A stretch of DNA of 64,000 nucleotides from Rikenellaceae bacterium (GCA_047178765.1 JBCQTG010000001.1:2581-66580), one strand, 5' to 3'; shown: positions 21,817 through 31,166, numbered from the stretch's first letter. Numbers and translations are program-made. The notes: generated by a model not told the origin, from the sequence alone.

Positions 21817-23226
21817 TCAGTGAGTATAGACTCGACCACGTATAGCCTCACTCTTATCATACTTTACCCTGCTAGCTGTGGGATACTCCAGCTCCTTTAG
21901 CTCAGCAACTACCTCGGCAATGTCGCGCAGCAACATATCAGCCATATCGCGAGACATCCCCTGTCGCACAACAACCCTCATGACGACAATAAACTCGATA
22001 TTCTTAGGCATTGTGTAGGCTGGAATCATCCAACCGCGCTGCTGCAGTCGATCCTGCAGATCATAGAGCGTCCACTGCGCCTCCTGATTATAGTCGGGAT
22101 CCATATACCAGATAAAGAGAGGGTTATCAATACGATCGACAAAGGTCTTAAAACAGTCATACTCACCGATCGCCTTATGGCAATATCGCGCCACCTCCAT
22201 CGAACTCTCGTGAACACCCTTATACCCCTCATAGCCGTAGCGGATGAAGTTATAATATTGACCAAGGATCTGCGAAGCGGGACGAGAGAAGTTCAGCCCC
22301 ACCTGCGTAATGCTAGCCCCTAAATAGTTGACACTAAAGGACATCTCCTCAGGCAGAGCATCCTTATCTCGCCAAACGATCCACCCCAGACCGGGATAGA
22401 CCAAACCATATTTATGTCCCGATGTAGAGATCGAGAGGACCCACTTCAGACGAAAATCCCACTTCACATCGGGCGAAGTAAATGGAAGAATAAAGCCACC
22501 CGAAGCGGCATCAACATGGATTGGAATGTCATACCCTGTATCTCTATTGAAGCTATCGAGCGCCTTGTCGAGCGCCTCAACATCCTCGTTGAGTCCTGTC
22601 CATGTCACCCCGGCAATAGGCACAATACAGATGGTATTCTCATCACACATAGCCAGAGCGTCATCTGCATCGAGCGATGGCTTATCGAGGGTGATAGGGA
22701 CTGTGCGCAGTTCAATCTGCCACAGCTGACAGAACTTCTCCCAGACAACCTGCAACCCACTGCTCATAACCAAGTTTGGTTTGTCGAACGGCTTACCATC
22801 CGCCATCCTCTTTTTGCGCCATCTGAGCCATGCCGCCACACCGCCCAACATACACGCCTCAGATGAGCCTATACCCACAGCACCCGTCTTCCACTCCCCC
22901 TGCTCAGGGGTGTTCCAGAGGTTTGCCACGATATTAATACATCGACCACACATCACCGCTACTCGCGGATACTCAGTCTCATCAATATAGTTGATATTGA
23001 TGGAGTCATTCATCAACTTTGTTGCATACTCATCCATATAGGTAGTGACAAAGGTTGCCAGATTGAGATGGGGCTGAGTCTGAGGATATGTCTCATCCTT
23101 CACCATCTGATAGGCTATCTGAGGCGATGTAGCCTCCTTAGGGATGTAGTCCTTTGGGGCTGGTTGCAGCATCTGTTCCGAGGCGTAGATTGGCATTGTT
23201 CCAACACATTTGTGATTCTTTTCCAT
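21817..23226 (-). CDS. gadB: Glutamate decarboxylase (PLP-dependent)
   Basis: NLATFVTT, DETEYP, GSSEACMLGG, HVDAASGG, STSGHKYG (PLP lysine). Confidence 0.93.
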   Translation of the reverse strand: MEKNHKCVGTMPIYASEQMLQPAPKDYIPKEATSPQIAYQMVKDETYPQTQPHLNLATFVTTYMDEYATKLMNDSININYIDETEYPRVAVMCGRCINIVANLWNTPEQGEWKTGAVGIGSSEACMLGGVAAWLRWRKKRMADGKPFDKPNLVMSSGLQVVWEKFCQLWQIELRTVPITLDKPSLDADDALAMCDENTICIVPIAGVTWTGLNEDVEALDKALDSFNRDTGYDIPIHVDAASGGFILPFTSPDVKWDFRLKWVLSISTSGHKYGLVYPGLGWIVWRDKDALPEEMSFSVNYLGASITQVGLNFSRPASQILGQYYNFIRYGYEGYKGVHESSMEVARYCHKAIGEYDCFKTFVDRIDNPLFIWYMDPDYNQEAQWTLYDLQDRLQQRGWMIPAYTMPKNIEFIVVMRVVVRQGMSRDMADMLLRDIAEVVAELKELEYPTASRVKYDKSEAIRGRVYTH

Positions 23227-23356
23227 AGTAAGATAGATTTTTATAATTAACCCTATAGCCTACTCAAAAACTCTGCCCTTTTTGCGACTCCCCGACTCAA
23301 TAGGTAGCTGCCGCTACAAAAGAGCTAAAAAAGTTGCAGAATCAACAATTTAGCAC

Positions 23357-23364
23357 TAATTTTG
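23357..23364 (+). promoter_or_regulatory. -7 promoter element for the OMP-MATE unit
   Basis: TAATTTTG 25 nt before the ATG. Confidence 0.6.
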
Positions 23365-23389
23365 AGGCGTAAAGAAAAAAGATATATAT

Positions 23390-23845
23390 ATGAAGAAAAT
23401 CCTATTCGCAATCATAGCGATAGTACTATCCGCATCAGCCACTAAAGCTAGCAGCGGAGATCTCCAAATTGGGGCAAAAACACAGTTCTACACACGTTGG
23501 GATGGAATCGTTGGTATTGGACCAATGGTTAAATATGACATAAACGATATGTTTAGAGTCGAGTCGGCTCTTCTACTTTTAACAAAAAAAGGGGCTTCGA
23601 TAGATTGGAGCATCGACCTACATATGCCCTTTCAACTCTCAAGCTCATTTGAGATCTACCCACTTGCTGGAATCTCGCTCAACGACCCATATAAGTTTGG
23701 CGTTGCACTTGGTCTCGGCGGCGGAGCAAACTATAACATCAACGACCGCTGGGTAGCAAATGCGGGGGTGAAGTGGAGCATCCAGAGCCAACAATACCTG
23801 AAAAATCCATTTATTATTGCCTGCGGCATAGGGTATAAATTGTAA
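23390..23845 (+). CDS. Small outer-membrane beta-barrel protein
   Basis: Signal peptide, amphipathic beta strands (IYPLAG, GGGANY), C-terminal GIGYKL. Confidence 0.75.
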   Translation: MKKILFAIIAIVLSASATKASSGDLQIGAKTQFYTRWDGIVGIGPMVKYDINDMFRVESALLLLTKKGASIDWSIDLHMPFQLSSSFEIYPLAGISLNDPYKFGVALGLGGGANYNINDRWVANAGVKWSIQSQQYLKNPFIIACGIGYKL

Positions 23846-25203
23846 TGTATAACTTCTCTAAATACAAGGATCAATATAGAGATAATCTTCGCCTAGCACT
23901 CCCCGTGATGATGTCACAGCTGGGGGCTATTGTTGTGCAGGTTGCTGACAACCTGATGGTTGGGCGATATGGGGGCGACGACCCCCTGCCACTAGCAGCG
24001 GCATCCTTTGCCGGTAGCTTTATCTTTATGCCGATGGTTATGGCTATGGGCATGACCTTTGGTCTCACCCCTATTGTCGGTGAACTCTTTGCTCAGGGGC
24101 GCAAGAGGGAGTTGTCTGGTTATCTTCACAATGGGATAATCCTCTACACAGTGATGGCGCTTCTCATCACCGTGCTGCTCTTCGCATTCATCCCATTGAT
24201 GTGGCATCTGGGACAGCCCGATGATGTTGTCGAGATGGCTATACCCTACTATCGACTCTTGTCATGGAGCCTACTCCCTATGACCCTATTCTTTATCTTC
24301 AAGCAGTTTCTTGAGGGTATGGGTAATACACTCGTTGCTATGACGTGTGTGATTATGTGTAACATAGTCAATATCCTACTCAACCATATGCTCATCGGAG
24401 GGGAGTGGGGCGCTACAGAGATGGGGGTACGTGGAGCGGGTGTTGCTACACTTATCTCACGTATCCTAATGCCCATCCTATTGGTGGGGTTGATATTGAC
24501 GATGAGTCGGTTTAGGGGCTACCTCACCAGCTTCTCACTACGCAATCTAACGCGCACGATCTGCACTAAGCTGGTTAAATTGGGCTTCCCCATCTCCGCA
24601 CAGGTCTCTCTAGAGGTGTTGGCATTTGTGGTTATTGGCTTTATGTTTGGGTGGTTTGACGCTACGGCGATTGGAGCCTTTCAAGTCGCTGTCACTGTGG
24701 GTAATGCCTCGTTTATGATTGTCATCGCTATAGGCTCGGCAACAACGATTCGACTCTCGCACTGCTACGGGGAGCGAGATGTTACACAGATGAGATTAGC
24801 CTCTACGGCAGCGTGGCACATTGCCCTTGTATGGAGTGTCGCCGTGCTTATAATCTTCCTGCTGCTACGCCACCAGATAGTTGCCCTCTTCACAACAAAT
24901 GAGCAGATTATAGAGCTGGCATCTGTCCTGCTCCTTATGATCGCCACCTACCAGATCCCCGATGGCTTTCAATGTATCGGAGTGAGCATTATGCGCGGCA
25001 TGCAGGATGTGAAGATCATCCCGGTAATAGCCCTTATCGCCTATTGGTTCTGCAATATGCCAATCGGCTACCTCTGTGCATTTCATCTTGACATGGGTCC
25101 TGCGGGTCTCTATGTAGGTCTAATTATTGGATTCATAGTCGCCTCGCTACTCGCCTATCTGCGTATTAGGAGCCAACAAACTTTAATGATTAATGGCGAT
25201 TAA
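23845..25203 (+). CDS. MATE family efflux transporter
   Basis: LALPVM, DNLMVG, ~12 TM helices, GVRGAGVAT, DGFQ..MRG. Confidence 0.92.
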   Translation: MYNFSKYKDQYRDNLRLALPVMMSQLGAIVVQVADNLMVGRYGGDDPLPLAAASFAGSFIFMPMVMAMGMTFGLTPIVGELFAQGRKRELSGYLHNGIILYTVMALLITVLLFAFIPLMWHLGQPDDVVEMAIPYYRLLSWSLLPMTLFFIFKQFLEGMGNTLVAMTCVIMCNIVNILLNHMLIGGEWGATEMGVRGAGVATLISRILMPILLVGLILTMSRFRGYLTSFSLRNLTRTICTKLVKLGFPISAQVSLEVLAFVVIGFMFGWFDATAIGAFQVAVTVGNASFMIVIAIGSATTIRLSHCYGERDVTQMRLASTAAWHIALVWSVAVLIIFLLLRHQIVALFTTNEQIIELASVLLLMIATYQIPDGFQCIGVSIMRGMQDVKIIPVIALIAYWFCNMPIGYLCAFHLDMGPAGLYVGLIIGFIVASLLAYLRIRSQQTLMINGD

Positions 25204-25246
25204 TCATTAATTTTTACTATCTTTACCGAAATTATATATATACGAA

Positions 25247-26587
25247 ATGAGTTGCAAATGTAAAAATAAGCCCAACATAGGTCGCGGTGCGTCATTCTGT
25301 CACAACCACGATAATGTAGAGGCTACAATCCATAAGGGGTGTTATAAACTTCACGAGAACAACTGGTTAGAGAGCTATCCAGAGAATGTTCCCAGCGACA
25401 TTGTAGAGATAAGGTTCAAAAACACCCGCCGCTCCTACTATCGCAACGTCGAGAATCTAGAGCTTAAGGAGGGGGATATAGTTGCTGTGGAGTCCTCTCC
25501 GGGTCACGATATTGGTGTGGTCTCACTCATAGGCGACATTGTCGCTAAACAGATGAAGAGGGTCGGCTTCTACCCCCAGAATGGCGAGTACCGAAAGATC
25601 TATCGCCACGCTAAACCCTCAGATATAGAGAAGTGGCAGGAGGCGATTGAGTTAGAGCATGAGACGATGATCCTCTCGCGCCAAATAGCTGCCGATATGG
25701 GTCTAAACATGAAGATTGGAGATGTTGAGTATCAAGGAGATAAGATCAAGGCGATATTCTACTACATCGCCGATGAGAGGGTCGATTTCCGCGAGCTGAT
25801 TAAGGTCTTTGCCGATAGATTCAGGATTAGAATCGAGATGAAGCAGATCGGTGCGAGGCAGGAGGCTGGACGTATTGGCGGATTGGGTGCTTGTGGTCGT
25901 GAGCTGTGTTGCGCCTCGTGGATCTCTAGCTTCACTAGCGTCACCACCGCCGCCGCACGTGCGCAGGAGCTATCGCTCAACCCACTGAAGTTGGCGGGGC
26001 AGTGTTCAAAGCTGAAGTGCTGCCTAGCCTATGAGTATGGCACATATGTCGATGTTCGTGCTAACTTCCCGCGTCTACGCGAGCCGTTACAGACTGAGGA
26101 TGGCGAGTTCTACCTAGTGAAGAGTGACATCCTCAATGGCAAGATGACCTTTAGCAGCAGCCGCGACACAATGTCAAACGTAACGATACTACCAATCGAC
26201 CGAGTGAAAGAGATCATGGAGATCAATCGCACAGGAAAGAGGGTTGAGCAGCTAATGCGCGAGGAGGATATACCAAAGAGCGTTGACGAGCCAACATATC
26301 GCAGCGAGGAGGATAGCATCACCCGTTTCGACAGCGCCAAGCCACGCCGCAAATCAAAGAACAGAAAGCCAAACAACAAAGGGCAAGAGAGGCGAACCGA
26401 CAATAGAGAGGCAAGAGAGGCAAGAGAGGCAAGAGAACCAAGAGAACCAAGAGCGCCAAGAGAGCATAAAGAGGGCGGATCCAATCAACCCAACAGAAAC
26501 AACAGACCTCGAAAGTTCAACAACCGAGAGCGCAAAGAGGGCAACAGCAAAGAGGGTAATAACAAAGAGAGAGGCAATAAGGAGTAG
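25247..26587 (+). CDS. PSP1/RicT (YaaT) family protein with basic disordered tail
   Basis: RVDFRELIK, RIEMKQIGARQEA, GACGRELCC, LAGQCSKLKCCL. Confidence 0.9.
   Translation: MSCKCKNKPNIGRGASFCHNHDNVEATIHKGCYKLHENNWLESYPENVPSDIVEIRFKNTRRSYYRNVENLELKEGDIVAVESSPGHDIGVVSLIGDIVAKQMKRVGFYPQNGEYRKIYRHAKPSDIEKWQEAIELEHETMILSRQIAADMGLNMKIGDVEYQGDKIKAIFYYIADERVDFRELIKVFADRFRIRIEMKQIGARQEAGRIGGLGACGRELCCASWISSFTSVTTAAARAQELSLNPLKLAGQCSKLKCCLAYEYGTYVDVRANFPRLREPLQTEDGEFYLVKSDILNGKMTFSSSRDTMSNVTILPIDRVKEIMEINRTGKRVEQLMREEDIPKSVDEPTYRSEEDSITRFDSAKPRRKSKNRKPNNKGQERRTDNREAREAREAREPREPRAPREHKEGGSNQPNRNNRPRKFNNRERKEGNSKEGNNKERGNKE
26405..26467 (+). repeat. In-frame 9 bp tandem repeat (7 units)
   Basis: AGAGAGGCA x3, AGAGAACCA x2, AGAGCGCCA, AGAGAGCAT, encoding REAREAREAREPREPRAPREH. 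Confidence 0.85.
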
Positions 26588-27031
26588 ATGATGAGGTGGT
26601 TGCTAGGGGTAATAATCGCGGTAATCTTCGCAGGCTGCGGTTATATTAACCACGCCAGCTTCGCCGACAATGTAGATGTTAATGGGTGGCGACAAGCAGC
26701 AACCATTGAGATCAACAACCTCGACACCACTAAACACCGTAACCTCACACTCTTCATCCTCTATGAGAGTGGTAAAATAGCGGGCAGGCTACCACTAAAT
26801 ATAGTGACCCAGTCGCCTAGTGGGGTGCAGATAGCTGAGCAGATAGATGTGTGGCTGGACCACGAAAGGGGGAGCGAGACAGCTCTCAATCGGACCATTC
26901 AACACTTTATCTATCGCGACAATGTAAGGTGGCGAGAGCTGGGGAGGTACAAAATTTTCATCTACCCCCGAGCAGAGCTGATCGAGGGTGTTGTTGCAGC
27001 GGGGGTTCGTATCGACCGTAGCTCACTATAG
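26588..27031 (+). CDS. GldH-like lipoprotein
   Basis: Lipobox FAGC, NGW, G.Y...I and EGV..AG.RI pattern; conserved adjacency to the PSP1 gene. Confidence 0.6.
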   Translation: MMRWLLGVIIAVIFAGCGYINHASFADNVDVNGWRQAATIEINNLDTTKHRNLTLFILYESGKIAGRLPLNIVTQSPSGVQIAEQIDVWLDHERGSETALNRTIQHFIYRDNVRWRELGRYKIFIYPRAELIEGVVAAGVRIDRSSL

Positions 27032-27077
27032 ATGTTCCCACACCCTACCACGCTGAGTAGAGTAAAAATTAACCGTA

Positions 27078-27884
27078 ATGGGCAAAGATAAATTAAGAAA
27101 ATTCGCTGAGAACCTAACATTCAAGTGCTTCGTACAGCCTGAGTTCGATGATATTTTCCGAAAGGACCATCCACTCAAAGGGTGCTGGCATAGGGATTTC
27201 TTTGGCAATGATAACCCGATAGTTCTGGAGCTGGGGTGTGGCAAGGGCGAGTATACCGTTGCCTTGGCGAGGCGCAACCCCAATAACAACTATATCGGTA
27301 TAGATATTAAGGGTGCAAGGATGTGGCGAGGAGCTAAGAGCGCCACCGAGGAGGGGCTGAGCAATGTCGCCTTTCTACGCACACGAATAGAGTTTATCGA
27401 CTCCTTCTTCGGCGAGAACGAGGTATCGGAGATATGGATCACCTTCCCCGACCCTCAGCTAAAGCGCAAGAGGGCGAAGAAGAGGCTCACCGCACCGCTC
27501 TTCCTAGAGTTGTATGCAAAGATGATGCGCGAGGATGGGGTGATAAATCTAAAGAGCGACTCACAACATCTACATAACTACACCCTTGAGGTGGCACACC
27601 GATTCAACCTACCTATAGCCGAGTGTTGCAACGACATCTATGGATCGGGGTTTGCCGATGAGCAGCTATCTATCAAGACCGCCTATGAGACTATCTTTGT
27701 TGAGAATGGACTCCCAATCACCTACCTACGCTTTGGGCTAGGTGGAGGCAAGGCATTTGACTATTTCGAGTGGGAGGAGGATGAGAAGATGTGGCGCGAG
27801 AAGGATGCTGAGGAGCAGCGCAAAGATATTAAGACTACCAATTTACAATTCAAACGAGGTGGCGAGCCTCCCGTTAAACGATGA
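27078..27884 (+). CDS. trmB: tRNA (guanine-N7)-methyltransferase
   Basis: LELGCGKGEY, GIDIKGAR, FPDPQ, KRLT. Confidence 0.95.
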   Translation: MGKDKLRKFAENLTFKCFVQPEFDDIFRKDHPLKGCWHRDFFGNDNPIVLELGCGKGEYTVALARRNPNNNYIGIDIKGARMWRGAKSATEEGLSNVAFLRTRIEFIDSFFGENEVSEIWITFPDPQLKRKRAKKRLTAPLFLELYAKMMREDGVINLKSDSQHLHNYTLEVAHRFNLPIAECCNDIYGSGFADEQLSIKTAYETIFVENGLPITYLRFGLGGGKAFDYFEWEEDEKMWREKDAEEQRKDIKTTNLQFKRGGEPPVKR

Positions 27885-28351
27885 GAATAGCACTCTTTGC
27901 AGGGTCGTTCGACCCCTTTACCCGCGGTCATGTGGCTATCGTTGAGTCGGCACTAAGGCTCTTCGATAGGGTTGTTATTGGCGTTGGGTATAATATCAAT
28001 AAACGTGGGTTACTCAGCGTAGAGCAGCGCTGCCAACTCATTAGCGACTACTACAAGGGGGATAACCGCATTGAGGTTGGATGCTATCAGGGGATGACTG
28101 GAGAGTACGCCGAGAGTATCGGAGCAACGGCTCTCATTCGCGGGCTACGCAACGGCTCTGATCTAGAGTTTGAGCGAACCGTGGAGAGTGTCAATAGGGC
28201 ATTATACCCCGGGTTGCAGAGTGTGATGATCCTCCCCCCCGCTGAGTTACAACACATCTCATCGAGTGTCGTTCGCGAGCTGATGCACTTTGGCAAAGGG
28301 GTCGACAGCCTAATGCCCGAGGGGATAGATATTAATAAATATATAAAATAG
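27881..28351 (+). CDS. coaD: Phosphopantetheine adenylyltransferase
   Basis: AGSFDPFTRGH, RGLR, ISSSVVRE. Confidence 0.95.
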   Translation: MRIALFAGSFDPFTRGHVAIVESALRLFDRVVIGVGYNINKRGLLSVEQRCQLISDYYKGDNRIEVGCYQGMTGEYAESIGATALIRGLRNGSDLEFERTVESVNRALYPGLQSVMILPPAELQHISSSVVRELMHFGKGVDSLMPEGIDINKYIK

Positions 28352-28357
28352 TACTAT

Positions 28358-29395
28358 ATGAGTATGGAGTTTACAGCCGAGATGATCGCTGGCTTTGTAG
28401 GCGGCGAGGTCGTAGGAGATAGGGAGGCTAAGGTCTCTACAGTTAGCTCGATTGAGCAGGGAAAAGCGGGGGCGTTGTCATACCTTGTCAACCCTAAATA
28501 TGAGGAGTTTATCTACACCACCGAGGCATCGATAGTTATTGTCGACAGCTCGTTTGAACCAAAGAGTGAGCTTAAAACCACCCTTATCAAGGTTGCCAAT
28601 GCTGGCGAGTGTATACTACAGCTGATGACGATGTATAGCGCCGCAAAACCCAAACGAAAGGGGATCAGCAAGCTAGCATCAATCGCTGAGGGGGCAACGG
28701 TAAGCGAGGAGTGCTACATCGGTGATTTTGCCGTTATCGAGGATGGTGTAACTATCGGCAGCGGGTGCCAGATCTACCCACAGTGCTATGTCGGCGCAGG
28801 GGTGAGCATTGGCGAGGATACAACGCTATATGCCGGGGTGAAGATCTACGAGGGGTGTAAGATCCGCTCACGCACAACCCTCCATGCAGGAGCAGTCATT
28901 GGAGCTGATGGCTTTGGTTTCGCACCAAATGCCAATGGCGGCTTCGACAAGATCCCTCAGCTGGGTAATGTAATCATATGTGACGATGTTGAGATAGGCG
29001 CAAATACCTGTATCGACCGCGCAAAGACCGACTCGACAATCATCAAATCGGGGGTTAAACTAGACAACCTAATCCAAGTAGGACACAACGTTGTTATAGG
29101 CGAAAACACCGTCTCATCGGCACAGATGGGTATCGCTGGCTCATCGTCACTCGGTAGCAACTGTATGCTCGGCGGACAGGTTGGCGTAGCTGACCATGTG
29201 CATATTGGCAACGGAGTGAAGATAGGCTCACAGAGCGGAATAGAGAAGAGCATCCCCGATGGAGAGGTGCGCATGGGTTCACCAGCGCTACCGGGGCTAC
29301 AGTACCACCGCGCCTCAGCGATCATCAAACGCCTACCAGAGATCTACACAACCCTCAACGCCCTCAAAAAGGAGGTCGAGAAGCTAAAGGGGTAG
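28358..29395 (+). CDS. lpxD: UDP-3-O-acylglucosamine N-acyltransferase
   Basis: Hexapeptide repeats, [33 protein letters not shown]. Confidence 0.95.
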   Translation: MSMEFTAEMIAGFVGGEVVGDREAKVSTVSSIEQGKAGALSYLVNPKYEEFIYTTEASIVIVDSSFEPKSELKTTLIKVANAGECILQLMTMYSAAKPKRKGISKLASIAEGATVSEECYIGDFAVIEDGVTIGSGCQIYPQCYVGAGVSIGEDTTLYAGVKIYEGCKIRSRTTLHAGAVIGADGFGFAPNANGGFDKIPQLGNVIICDDVEIGANTCIDRAKTDSTIIKSGVKLDNLIQVGHNVVIGENTVSSAQMGIAGSSSLGSNCMLGGQVGVADHVHIGNGVKIGSQSGIEKSIPDGEVRMGSPALPGLQYHRASAIIKRLPEIYTTLNALKKEVEKLKG

Positions 29396-29445
29396 TTTGA
29401 TTGATGGCGGTGGGTTGATAAGAAGCCATCTAACCCGAAGGGTAA

Positions 29446-29515
29446 AACAAAGCGAAGCATCTCACAATACTCTATGATAGAGGTTGCGAGATGCTTCACT
29501 TTGTTCTGCATGACA
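29446..29515. repeat. REP-like hairpin, degenerate copy; probable bidirectional terminator
   Basis: AACAAAGCGAAGCATCTC / GAGATGCTTCACTTTGTT; right arm 23/28 identical to the element at 54858-54936. Confidence 0.75.
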
Positions 29516-29526
29516 GTCGTAAATAT

Positions 29527-30202
29527 TTAAAACGCGATACCTACGCGCAAAAGAACATTGCGGGTGTTACACTTCAAATCATCACTTCCGAAGTCAAACA
29601 TATTTATCATACCATCTTGAAATGAAAGATCAACATTGAATCGATCTTTATACCATATACCAAAACCGAATATTACACCTGCATCAACTCTATTGTAGTC
29701 ATACCAATAGCTCTCATCTAAACCACACTCTTCAGTCTCGCCATCATCTTCATATTTAAACTTGCCAGTAAAGTCATAACTAACATAGGCTCCTAGGTGA
29801 GCATCAACTTTTAGACCATCAACAACCTCATATTTCCAACCGAAGTTAAATGGTGAGACAACAGCATTATATGCCGATAGAGTCTCTTTGTAGTCATACT
29901 CAGTCGAGGTATCAGTATATCCGCGAGAACCCAAACCGAACTCCATTCCCCAATATGCACCATGTGCTGCAATAGACTTGTTAAACCCGTAGGTAACGGT
30001 ATAACCGACTTTACCTCCTTTGTCATAAAAGTAGTCACTGTTAGTAACTGAGGCGAAATTAAAACCAGTGCGGAAATAAGAGATGCTTGTCTTCTCCTTC
30101 TCCTTGTAAGTCGTGAGTCGACTGTCTGGATTTACCAGCTGCTGTGCAGATACGGCAGTTGTAAAGATGGCAAATGTTGCCAAAAGTAATAATTTTTTTC
30201 AT
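29527..30202 (-). pseudogene. Outer-membrane beta-barrel protein with a +1 frameshift in an A7 tract after the ATG (phase-OFF allele, lesion or sequencing error)
   Basis: ATG(30202)-A7-TTATTACTTTTG; removing one A gives MKKLLLLATFAIFTTAVSAQ in frame with ORF 29527..30183; barrel ends in VGIAF. Confidence 0.65.
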
Positions 30203-30224
30203 TTTTTCAATTTATTTTATTTAA

Positions 30225-30692
30225 TTATTTAGCTACTGACTTTACCGATTGATAAAGTGATTGCCCCTTGACGATCCTCATCCACTCATAATCCGCCTCT
30301 GTTGCAGTTGCCCAGTTAGCGTAGTTCCCAAGGAAACCTACTACAATCGCCTCGTAACCATCACCATTTTCATTGGTGCGAACTGTAATCACTGGGGCGA
30401 TAAGAATATCTACATTGTACTTCTTTGTCGTTTTGTAGGTCGCCCAATCTCGGATGTTAGCGAGGCTATTTTTAAGTTCTACCTCCGCCTGATGTTTTGT
30501 TAAGGACCACGTCTCCTCAATCCTACCAAGCGAGTCAACAACTTGAATCTCAACGGTCAATGGTCGCACATACCCCTCAGAACCAAAATCCAACTTCAGG
30601 GCTTGGGCATTCTCCATCCTCTCAAGCACCTTTTGCGCATAACCCATCGAGACCGCACAAAGGAGCAGTGTTAAAACAAATAATTTTTTCAT
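30225..30692 (-). CDS. Secreted hypothetical protein
   Basis: Signal peptide MKKLFVLTLLLCAVSMGYA-Q from ATG 30692; family not recognised. Confidence 0.75.
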   Translation of the reverse strand: MKKLFVLTLLLCAVSMGYAQKVLERMENAQALKLDFGSEGYVRPLTVEIQVVDSLGRIEETWSLTKHQAEVELKNSLANIRDWATYKTTKKYNVDILIAPVITVRTNENGDGYEAIVVGFLGNYANWATATEADYEWMRIVKGQSLYQSVKSVAK

Positions 30693-30733
30693 GAAATTAA
30701 ATTTCTGCGCCATATCGACCCCCGAATGGCTAT

Positions 30734-30984
30734 CAAAAATAAAACAAGAAAGTGTGGAGTCGATCGCCTATTCGCTTAGAGGCTCTGGTAAGCCATGACC
30801 AAAATAAACAATACTCCACACCCATATGATATAACGATATTTGTTAGACACAAATATTAAGCCACATCAAATCAGGTGACGAGTGTTATGTTATCCTTGG
30901 TCAAGTTGAAATTTACCAGATTTCTAAGCAAGAATAAAAGCAAAACACTTTCATCAATAATATATAAAGTCACATATAGTGACC
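30734..30984 (-). ncRNA. Candidate structured cis-regulatory leader (attenuator-like)
   Basis: Four long-range complementary blocks plus an alternative 9 bp stem followed by a U-rich tract; see findings. Confidence 0.6.
30913..30954 (-). CDS. Putative 13-aa leader peptide MKVFCFYSCLEIW
   Basis: ATG AAA GTG TTT TGC TTT TAT TCT TGC TTA GAA ATC TGG TAA, covering the 5' arm of the leader structure. Confidence 0.35.
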   Translation of the reverse strand: MKVFCFYSCLEIW

Positions 30985-30986
30985 CG

Positions 30987-30994
30987 CAAATATA
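30987..30994 (-). promoter_or_regulatory. -7 promoter element for the islet leader
   Basis: TATATTTG on the minus strand, TTG 20 nt upstream. Confidence 0.65.
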
Positions 30995-31166
30995 GAAAAT
31001 GTTTTCAAATATAACAACTCTAATGGAGTATTGCACTGCAAAGATGTAAAAAAATTAGCAATTTTACAATACACATACACATTGTTAGTATGAATATGAT
31101 ATAAATTTGGATAGATTGAGCAAGTATAGCTCTATTTTGGAACTTGTATAATTCAACAAAATATCA

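Noticed and set aside
21650-23300. gad as an island integrated at a tRNA
   Set aside because: It lies upstream of the tRNA promoter rather than at a tRNA 3' end; no att duplication or integrase
26400-26590. Repeats considered as a CRISPR array
   Set aside because: 9 bp in-frame coding units with no spacers and no cas genes
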